This document shows positions 27,428-34,388 of a stretch of DNA of 64,000 bases, piece by piece. The first letter of the stretch is position 1, and the number at the start of each line of letters is the position of its first letter. The position numbers were made by a program, and so were the translations under genes. The notes beneath the pieces were generated by a model that was given only the letters and a program-made list of their open reading frames with translations, was not told the origin of the DNA and made no database searches. Source of the DNA: Pseudomonadota bacterium (GTDB lineage Bacteria; Pseudomonadota; Gammaproteobacteria; Pseudomonadales; JADFDG01); NCBI GenBank assembly GCA_049323295.1, contig JBMOON010000017.1, positions 258,724-322,723 of the forward strand, given 5' to 3'.

Positions 27428-28003
27428 ATGCTGAAGGTCCTGCTGTTCGATGATGGCGCGGATACCGCGCACCCCCTGCGCGAGGCGGTGCTGGCCGCCG
27501 GCTGCGAGATCGTGGGCGAAGTGTCCAGCCCCTGGGCGCTGGCCGACACGGTGCGCCGGCTGGCGCCGGACGCCGTGCTGATGGACGTCGATTCGCCCAG
27601 TCGCGACGTGCTGGAGCAGGTGGTGGTGGCCTCGCGCGACGAGCCGCGCCCGATCGTGATGTTCACTGCCGACGGCAGCGATACCGCCATCGAGGCGGCG
27701 CTGCATGCCGGCGTGTCCGCCTATGTGGTCGACGGCATCGCCGCCGACCGCATCCGTTCCATCCTGCAGGTGGCGATTGCCCGGTTCCGGGTCGACCGCG
27801 GTCTGCGCGAGAAGCTCGATGCCACCGAAAGGCGGCTGGCCGAGCGCAAGCTGCTGGAGCGGGCCAAGGGCCTGGTCATGCAGCACGAGAAGATGGACGA
27901 GGCGGCCGCCTACGCGGCCATGCGCTCGGCCGCGATGAAGCGCGGCATCAAGCTGGCCGACCTGGCGAAGCAGATCATCGAGGTTGCCGAGCGCAACGCC
28001 TGA
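27428..28003 (+). CDS. nasT: ANTAR-domain response regulator (nitrate-responsive antiterminator NasT type)
   Basis: Receiver domain (KVLLFDDG...DAVLMDVDSP) plus a C-terminal ANTAR helix pattern (LAERKLLERAKGLVMQHEKMDEAAAYAAMRSAAMKRGIKLADLAKQII). It sits at the head of a nas gene cluster. Confidence 0.9.
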   Translation: MLKVLLFDDGADTAHPLREAVLAAGCEIVGEVSSPWALADTVRRLAPDAVLMDVDSPSRDVLEQVVVASRDEPRPIVMFTADGSDTAIEAALHAGVSAYVVDGIAADRIRSILQVAIARFRVDRGLREKLDATERRLAERKLLERAKGLVMQHEKMDEAAAYAAMRSAAMKRGIKLADLAKQIIEVAERNA

Positions 28004-28049
28004 TCCGCGGCGCCCGGCGCGCCGCGTTTTTCCTGTCGTCGACCGTCGC

Positions 28050-28066
28050 CGCACGAAGCCGGTGCA
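28050..28066. promoter_or_regulatory. possible NtrC-type enhancer site upstream of the nrtA promoter
   Basis: cGCACg-AAGCC-GGTGCA against consensus TGCACC-N5-GGTGCA (two mismatches). It lies about 190 bp upstream of the sigma-54 promoter at 28243. Confidence 0.3.
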
Positions 28067-28242
28067 CGAAAACTCCTTCCCCGCACCGACATGTGACAGC
28101 GCGCTGCGAGCCGGTGGTGCGCAGCGCAAAACGGAATGCACGATGACAGGGCGGATCGGCCGCGATCGGGCGGGTGCGGTTTTTCTCCTGCCGTACACGC
28201 AACCTGCTGATGCGCATCGACAAAAAACAAGAAATCCGGAGT

Positions 28243-28258
28243 TGGCACGGCGCTTGCT
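28243..28258 (+). promoter_or_regulatory. sigma-54 (-24/-12) promoter of the nrtABD operon
   Basis: TGGCAC-GGCGC-TTGCT is an exact consensus match. It is preceded by an A/T-rich patch and lies about 250 nt upstream of nrtA. Confidence 0.75.
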
Positions 28259-28416
28259 CAATACTTTTCGAGCGCGTCGCAACGGTTGCTGCAAGGCAAC
28301 CACCCAACGGCGGGTCGTCCGGCAACGGACAGTGCGGCGCTGCAGGTCATCTCCGGCACGGTTTCCGTACCGGGATGCGAACAGTCCGGGTTCGTGCACA
28401 AGGTAGCTGGGACATT

Positions 28417-28453
28417 GGCGTCCTCCGGTAACGGGGCGACGCCTTTCTTTTTT
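28417..28453 (+). terminator. leader (attenuator) intrinsic terminator in the nrtA 5' UTR
   Basis: GGCGTCCTCCG-GTAA-CGGGGCGACGCC (about 11 bp, one bulge) followed by TTTCTTTTTT. It lies between the sigma-54 promoter and the nrtA start, the arrangement expected for NasT/ANTAR antitermination. Confidence 0.75.
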
Positions 28454-28508
28454 CCGGGTCGGCTTTATCAGGCAGCGATTTTTTTCAGACATGAAAACGA
28501 GGTGTGTC

Positions 28509-29807
28509 ATGGCGGAGAAAACCAGGGTGGCGGCAGTGACGGATAGCGGAATGCCGGTCGACGGCGGCCGGCGCAGCTTCCTGCGCACGATGGCCAGCGG
28601 TGCCGCCGGCGCCGGTGCGCTCGGCGTGCTCGGTGGTCTGGGCATGGGCACGAGCAGCAAGGCCTGGGCGGCCGGCAGCGACAAGCCGGAACTGTCGGAA
28701 GTCACGGTCGGCTTCATTCCGCTGACCGACTGTGCGTCGGTGGTGGTCGCCGCGCAGATGGGCTTCGACCAGAAGTACGGCATCAAGATCAACGTCAGCA
28801 AGGAAGCCAGCTGGGCCGGCGTGCGCGACAAGCTCATGAACGGCGAGCTGCATGCCGCGCACGTGTTGTACGGCCTGGTCTACGGCGTCCATCTGGGCAT
28901 CGGCGGCCAGCAGAAGGACATGGCCGTGCTGATGTGCCTCAACCACAACGGACAGGCCATCACGCTGGCCAACCAGCTGCGCGAGAAAGGCGTGAAGGAC
29001 GGCGCGTCGCTGAAGAAGGAGATCCTCGCCAACCCGCGCGAGTACACCTTCGCGCAGACCTTCCCGACCGGCACGCACGCCATGTGGCTGTACTACTGGC
29101 TGGCCGCCAACGGCGTGAACCCGATGAAGGACGTGAAGACCATCGTCGTGCCGCCGCCGCAGATGGTGGCCAACATGCGGGTCGGCAACATGGACGGCTA
29201 CTGCGTGGGCGAACCCTGGGGCGCGCGGGCGATCTACGACCGCATCGGCTTCACCGTCACCACCACGCAGGACATCTGGCAGGACCACCCGGAGAAAGTC
29301 CTCGGCTGTACCGCCGCGTTCGTGCAGCAGTATCCGAACACCGCGCGCGCCATGGTGGCGGCGATCCTCGATGCGGCGAAATACATCGACGAGCAGAAAA
29401 ACCGGGCCGACGTGGCGAAGCTGATTTCCGGCAAGGCCTACGTGAACGCGCCGGAAGACGTGATCCTCGGCCGCTTCCTCGGCGACTACGACAATGGCAT
29501 CGGGAAGAAGTGGAAGGATCCGAACTACATGAAGTTCTGCAACGGCGGGCAGGTCAACTTCCCGTACCTGTCCGACGGCATGTGGTTCATGACCCAGCAC
29601 AAGCGCTGGGGTCTCGTCACGGCCGATCCGGATTACCTCGCCGTGGCGAAGAAGGTGAACCAGATCGACATCTACAAGGATGCCGCGGCGATGGCCGGCG
29701 TGCCGGTGCCGAAGGACGTCATGCGCAGCAGCAAGCTGATCGACGGCGTGGTCTGGGACGGCAAGGATCCGAAAGGGTATGCCGCCTCCTTCAAGATCCG
29801 CGCCTGA
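28509..29807 (+). CDS. nrtA: nitrate/nitrite ABC transporter periplasmic substrate-binding protein (Tat signal)
   Basis: Twin-arginine signal GGRRSFLRTMASGAAGAGA; NrtA/CmpA-like body (VTVGFIPLTDCASVVVA, GELHAAHVLYGL, GYCVGEPWG). ATG 28509 has GAGG 6 nt upstream. ATG 28491 is an alternative start. Confidence 0.9.
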   Translation: MAEKTRVAAVTDSGMPVDGGRRSFLRTMASGAAGAGALGVLGGLGMGTSSKAWAAGSDKPELSEVTVGFIPLTDCASVVVAAQMGFDQKYGIKINVSKEASWAGVRDKLMNGELHAAHVLYGLVYGVHLGIGGQQKDMAVLMCLNHNGQAITLANQLREKGVKDGASLKKEILANPREYTFAQTFPTGTHAMWLYYWLAANGVNPMKDVKTIVVPPPQMVANMRVGNMDGYCVGEPWGARAIYDRIGFTVTTTQDIWQDHPEKVLGCTAAFVQQYPNTARAMVAAILDAAKYIDEQKNRADVAKLISGKAYVNAPEDVILGRFLGDYDNGIGKKWKDPNYMKFCNGGQVNFPYLSDGMWFMTQHKRWGLVTADPDYLAVAKKVNQIDIYKDAAAMAGVPVPKDVMRSSKLIDGVVWDGKDPKGYAASFKIRA

Positions 29808-29862
29808 TGCAATCCGGCCGGCAAACCAGCGATGAATTCCGGTGTCTGACAGGGAGCCCCAC

Positions 29863-30720
29863 ATGACTGCTGCACTGCCCGCCGACCGCGTCGGCGACGC
29901 ACGACTCAAACGCGCGGCCCGCATCCGGCGACTGCGCGAGATCGGCGCCGATGCCGGCCGCTACACGGTGTTCAACATCCTGCCGGGCGTGCTCGGTCTG
30001 GCGTTGTTCATCGCGCTGTGGGCGGTGGTGGCGGAGAAAACCGGGACCCTGCCGGGCCCCGGCAGCACCTGGGATGCGGCGCTGCAGCTGTTCGCCGATC
30101 CGTTCTACGACAACGGTCCCAACGACCAGGGCATCGGCTGGAACCTGCTCAGCTCGCTGCAGCGGGTGGGCATCGGTTTCGGCATGGCGATGCTGATCGG
30201 CATTCCGCTGGGCTTCATGCTCGGCCGTTTCGCGGTCCTGCATGCGATGGCATCGCCGATCATCTCGCTGCTGCGACCGGTGTCGCCGCTGGCCTGGCTG
30301 CCGATCGGTCTGCTGATCTTCCAGAAGGCGGATCCGGCGGCGATCTGGGTGATTTTCATCTCCTCGATCTGGCCGGTGATCATCAACACCGCGGTCGGCG
30401 TGACGCGCGTGCCGCAGGACTACCTCAACGTGGCGCGGGTGCTGAACCTCTCCGAGTTCCGCATCGTGACCCGCATCCTGCTGCCGGCGACGCTGCCCTA
30501 CGTGCTCACCGGTATCCGGCTCGGTCTCGGCGTCGCCTGGCTGGTAATCGTCGCCTCGGAAATGCTCACCGGCGGCAGCGGCATCGGTTTCTGGGTATGG
30601 GACGAGTGGAACAACCTGAACGTCGAACACATCATCATCGCCATCTTCGTGGTGGGCACCGTCGGTCTGCTGCTGGAGCAGATGATCATGGCCATCGCCC
30701 GCCGCTTCAGCTACGAGTGA
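29863..30720 (+). CDS. nrtB: nitrate/nitrite ABC transporter permease
   Basis: Six-TM BPD-type permease with the EAA-like loop (NVARVLNLSEFRIVTRILLPATLPY). ATG 29863 sits behind AGGGAG. Confidence 0.9.
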   Translation: MTAALPADRVGDARLKRAARIRRLREIGADAGRYTVFNILPGVLGLALFIALWAVVAEKTGTLPGPGSTWDAALQLFADPFYDNGPNDQGIGWNLLSSLQRVGIGFGMAMLIGIPLGFMLGRFAVLHAMASPIISLLRPVSPLAWLPIGLLIFQKADPAAIWVIFISSIWPVIINTAVGVTRVPQDYLNVARVLNLSEFRIVTRILLPATLPYVLTGIRLGLGVAWLVIVASEMLTGGSGIGFWVWDEWNNLNVEHIIIAIFVVGTVGLLLEQMIMAIARRFSYE

Positions 30721-30730
30721 GGACGCCCGC

Positions 30731-31540
30731 ATGAGCAACGAATATGCAACCAGCCGCTACGTCAGCGTCGAGGGCGTCAGCGTCGAGTTCAACACCCGCA
30801 AGGGCCGCTTCCTGGCGCTGCGCGACATCAATCTGCAGGTGGCGAAGGGCGAGTTCGTTTCGCTGATCGGCCACTCCGGTTGCGGCAAGTCGACGCTGCT
30901 GAACCTGGTGGCCGGACTGCTCGAACCCTCGCGCGGCGTGCTGCTGTGCAACAACCGCGAGATCGCCGGCCCCGGTCCGGACCGCGCGGTGGTGTTCCAG
31001 AACCACTCGCTGCTGCCCTGGCTGAGCTGCTACGGCAACGTGCACCTGGCGGTGGAGAAAGTGTTCGGCGGCAAGGAAGGCGCGGCGCAGCTGAGAGAGC
31101 GGACGCTGGCGGCGCTGGAAATGGTCGGCCTGTCGCATGCCGTCGACAAGAAGCCGCAGGAAATTTCCGGCGGCATGAAACAGCGCGTCGGCATCGCCCG
31201 CGCCCTGGCCATGGAACCGCAGGTGCTGCTGCTCGACGAGCCGTTCGGTGCGCTGGACGCACTGACCCGTGCGCACCTGCAGGACGAGCTGCTGCGCATC
31301 GTCGCCCGCACCGGCAGCACGGTGATCATGGTGACGCACGATGTCGACGAGGCGGTCCTGCTGGCCGACCGCATCGTGATGATGACCAACGGTCCGGCGG
31401 CGACCATCGGCGAAGTGCTGGACGTCGGGCTTGCCAGGCCGCGCGACCGCCTCGCGCTGGCCAATGACCATCGCTACCACGAGATCCGCGCGCAGGTGCT
31501 GGAGTTCCTCTACAAGCGTCACCAGCGTCCGGCCGCATAA
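30731..31540 (+). CDS. nrtD: nitrate/nitrite ABC transporter ATP-binding protein
   Basis: Walker A GHSGCGKST, signature ISGGMKQRV, Walker B LLLDEPFGALD; 269 aa (short NrtD-like form). Confidence 0.9.
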   Translation: MSNEYATSRYVSVEGVSVEFNTRKGRFLALRDINLQVAKGEFVSLIGHSGCGKSTLLNLVAGLLEPSRGVLLCNNREIAGPGPDRAVVFQNHSLLPWLSCYGNVHLAVEKVFGGKEGAAQLRERTLAALEMVGLSHAVDKKPQEISGGMKQRVGIARALAMEPQVLLLDEPFGALDALTRAHLQDELLRIVARTGSTVIMVTHDVDEAVLLADRIVMMTNGPAATIGEVLDVGLARPRDRLALANDHRYHEIRAQVLEFLYKRHQRPAA

Positions 31541-31733
31541 CGCGTTCCACAACGGCAACATCCAGCGAGGAACAAGGGAGAGCATTCCGTTTCATGCAGC
31601 AAGACAGTCGCCGGAATCCTGCAGTGTCCGGCGCACGGTCCCGTCCGGTGGCCCGCCGGTGACTCCCATCATCCATTCGGCGACATTTGTCGTCGTGGCG
31701 GGCTTACCTTTTTCGCGCGAGGCCACGCGCGGC

Positions 31734-31749
31734 AACCGGCATGCCGGTT
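31734..31749. promoter_or_regulatory. perfect 16-bp palindrome AACCGGCATGCCGGTT upstream of the porin gene
   Basis: Exact self-complementary 16-mer, preceded 2 nt upstream by a CGCGCG-AGGCCA-CGCGCG hairpin (31714-31731). It is 118 nt upstream of the porin ATG. Function unknown (protein site or RNA hairpins). Confidence 0.35.
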
Positions 31750-31866
31750 TGCGACGGGAACGCAAAAGGCCATACCGGCGCACAGACGCCGGGCGCTCCG
31801 CAAGGAGCCGGTTGTGACGGGAAAAACGCGGTTCTCATTAATCCTTTTTCCAGGGGTATTCCTGTC

Positions 31867-33162
31867 ATGACGCCTGTCAGCTGCTTGCCCGTAGTCCGCA
31901 CCACGCGTTCTTTCCGTACCCTGCCGCTGCTGGCGGCCATCGCTGCCGCGGCTACCGTTCCGGCCGCCCGGGCCGATGCGCTCGGCGACGCCATTGCTGC
32001 CGGCAAGGCCAACCTCGAGTTGCGTTACCGCTATGAAACCGTCGATCAGGATGCCGCTGCGACGCCGGACGAGGCAATCGCCAGCACGCTGCGCGTGCGG
32101 TTGCGCTATGCCACCGGCGAATGGATGTCCACCACCGCGCTGGTCGAGCTGGACAACGTCAGCGACATGGGCAAGCGCCACTACAACGACACCCGCAACG
32201 GCGAGACGGACTATCCGATCGTGGCCGATCCGCAGGGTGCCGACCTCAACCAGGCCTACCTGAAATATGTCGGCATCGGCAACACGGTGATCACCGCCGG
32301 CCGCCAGCGCCTGAACTTCGACGGCCAGCGCTTCATCGGCAGCGTTGCCTGGCGGCAGAACGAACAGACCATGGACAGCGTGCTGGTCGAGTACAAGGGC
32401 ATCGACCGCCTGACCGCGACCTACGGTTTCGTCAGCGACGTGCACCGCATCAACGGCCCGCAGCCGTTGCCGTTCCCGAATACCGGCGCCAACGCCGCCA
32501 ACCTCGGGCAGTTCGACGGCGAGACGCACCTGGTCAATCTGAAGTACGTGCTGAACGAGAAGTTCTCGGCCGTGGTCTACGACTACCTGCTGGATTTCGA
32601 CAACGCCAACCCGGCGCTCTCCAGCGACACGGTCGGCGTGCGCTTCGCCGGCAAGCTGCCGGTGGCTTCGCTGAAATTCGGTTACACCGCCGATTTCGCG
32701 CAGCAGACCGAATACCGCGACAACCCGGGCGATTTCGAGGCTCCGTACATGCTCGCCGAATTCACCCTCGGCGGCGGCTCGGACGCCCTGAAGTGGGAAG
32801 CACTGGCCGGTTACGAGCTGCTGGGCGAGGACAACGGCGTGGCGGTGCAGACGCCGCTTGCGACCCTGCACAAGTTCCAGGGCTGGGCGGACAAGTTCCT
32901 GAACACGCCGGCGGTCGGCCTCAAGGACACTTACCTCGGCGGCACGGTGACCGTGAAGGGCATCGGCTTCACGCTGGTCGGCCACGAGTACGAAGGCGAC
33001 GCCGACGGTGCCGACTACGGCGACGAGATCAACTTCCAGGTCAGCAAGACCTTCGCCAAGCGCTACACGCTCACCGCGAAGTATGCCGACTACAAGGAAG
33101 GCGAGGTCGCTGCCGTGGTGGACACCACCAAGGCCTGGCTGATGGCGGAAGCGAAGTTCTGA
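31867..33162 (+). CDS. outer-membrane beta-barrel porin (alginate-export/AlgE-like family)
   Basis: Signal peptide ...LLAAIAAAATVPAARA-DA, alternating amphipathic strands, an LELRYRYETVDQ start block, and a C-terminal ...MAEAKF with terminal Phe. The family name is from memory. Confidence 0.7.
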   Translation: MTPVSCLPVVRTTRSFRTLPLLAAIAAAATVPAARADALGDAIAAGKANLELRYRYETVDQDAAATPDEAIASTLRVRLRYATGEWMSTTALVELDNVSDMGKRHYNDTRNGETDYPIVADPQGADLNQAYLKYVGIGNTVITAGRQRLNFDGQRFIGSVAWRQNEQTMDSVLVEYKGIDRLTATYGFVSDVHRINGPQPLPFPNTGANAANLGQFDGETHLVNLKYVLNEKFSAVVYDYLLDFDNANPALSSDTVGVRFAGKLPVASLKFGYTADFAQQTEYRDNPGDFEAPYMLAEFTLGGGSDALKWEALAGYELLGEDNGVAVQTPLATLHKFQGWADKFLNTPAVGLKDTYLGGTVTVKGIGFTLVGHEYEGDADGADYGDEINFQVSKTFAKRYTLTAKYADYKEGEVAAVVDTTKAWLMAEAKF

Positions 33163-33259
33163 GCCTGTGAACCTCTCCGGTGCGGGCCCGATACCGCGCC
33201 GGAGGGCTCGCCGTCGGGCCCGGGGAACAGGCCTGCCGGCGGTCGGGGGCGGGATTGAG

Positions 33260-33291
33260 TTATACGCAATGTGATTATACTTTGCGTATAA
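33260..33291. promoter_or_regulatory. AT-rich perfect inverted repeat TTATACGCAA-N12-TTGCGTATAA (candidate operator overlapping promoter-like hexamers)
   Basis: 10-bp arms are exact reverse complements. The element contains TATACT (33276-33281) and TATAAC (33287-33292) with TTGAGT at 33255-33260. It lies 20 nt upstream of the NTase ATG and is strikingly AT-rich for this genome. Confidence 0.6.
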
Positions 33292-33311
33292 CCATCACGG
33301 ACGACCCCGCC

Positions 33312-34373
33312 ATGCACGCCACGCCGCTGTCCCTGACAGCCCGAACCCTGTATGCCGAATTGCGCGATCTGGCGCTGGCCGTGGGTGCCACCGAGAACAT
33401 GGGCGAGATGCCCGGCACGCTGGTCCGCAAGCGGGTCAGGGATGTCGACTATCTCTATTACCAGTACCGCGATCTGGACGGACACACCCGGCAGGCCTAT
33501 CTCGGTGCCGACACGGACACGACCCGCGGTCTGGCCGGGCGGCTTGAGCGCCGCGCACGCGATCGCGAGGCGGATTTGCGCCGGCTGGAAGAGCTGCGGG
33601 CGGCGTACGTCGGTGCCGGTGGCGGCGTGATCGAGCACACGCCGCTGCGTGTGTTGCAGGCCTTCGTCGATGCCGGCGTGCTGCAGCCCGGACTCGGTTG
33701 CGGCGTGCTGGTAGGAACGCATGCGTTCAATGTGCTGGGCAATCTGCTCGGCGTGCGCTGGGCCAGCCAGATGCATACCCAGGACATCGATCTGGCCGGC
33801 GTTGCCGACATCGACATCGCGGTCAGCCGCCCCCGTCAGGCGGTGCCGGAAGTGCTGGCGCAACTGGCGATGGGCTTCATTCCGGTGCCCACTCTCGATC
33901 CGCGTTCGCCGTCGACTTCCTTCCGGGTGCGCGGACAGGAACTGCGTGTCGACCTGCTGACTCCGCTGGTGGGCAAACCCCGCGCGAAACCGGTGTTCGT
34001 ACCGGCCCTGAATGCCGTTGCGCAACCGCTGCGTTTTCTCGACTACCTGCTGGAGTCGCCGGTGCCGGCCGTCATCGTCGGCCGGCGGGCCTTGTTGCTG
34101 GCAAACGTGCCGGCACCCGAGCGTTTCGCGCTGCACAAGCTGCTGGTTTCCGAATCGCGGGTGGCGGCGTTTGCCACCAAGGCGGAAAAGGACCGGCAGC
34201 AGGCGATGCAGATGCTGGAAGTGCTGATGCAGGAAGCACCGGACGGTGTTGCGCCTGCCGTGGCGGATTTGCGCGCGCGCGGCAAGGGCTGGGCGGACAA
34301 ACTGGGCAAGGCCCTGCACAAATGCGCACGGACCTGGCCGGACGTGGCGGCGTGGGTGCAGTCCCTGGGGTGA
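33312..34373 (+). CDS. nucleotidyltransferase-fold protein (Pol-beta superfamily; GSU2403-like family)
   Basis: hG[ST]...DxD NTase signature (VLVGTHAFNVLGNLLGVRWASQMHTQDIDLAG). It has a roughly 110-aa N-terminal extension and a helical C-terminus. The family name is from memory. The start was moved to ATG 33312. Confidence 0.65.
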   Translation: MHATPLSLTARTLYAELRDLALAVGATENMGEMPGTLVRKRVRDVDYLYYQYRDLDGHTRQAYLGADTDTTRGLAGRLERRARDREADLRRLEELRAAYVGAGGGVIEHTPLRVLQAFVDAGVLQPGLGCGVLVGTHAFNVLGNLLGVRWASQMHTQDIDLAGVADIDIAVSRPRQAVPEVLAQLAMGFIPVPTLDPRSPSTSFRVRGQELRVDLLTPLVGKPRAKPVFVPALNAVAQPLRFLDYLLESPVPAVIVGRRALLLANVPAPERFALHKLLVSESRVAAFATKAEKDRQQAMQMLEVLMQEAPDGVAPAVADLRARGKGWADKLGKALHKCARTWPDVAAWVQSLG

Positions 34374-34388
34374 CGACGATGGCGTATC

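Noticed and set aside
27984-28546. Small ORFs (140, 85 and 86 aa) inside the nasT-nrtA spacer.
   Set aside because: The region is better explained as an enhancer, sigma-54 promoter and terminator-containing leader. The ORFs lack an SD and have Arg/Cys-rich compositions.
31714-31749. The tandem hairpins upstream of the porin gene as an ANTAR dual-hexaloop target.
   Set aside because: The loops (AGGCCA and CATG/GCATGC) do not fit the A1/G4 hexaloop pattern as I remember it, and no terminator follows. They are kept only as unexplained palindromes.
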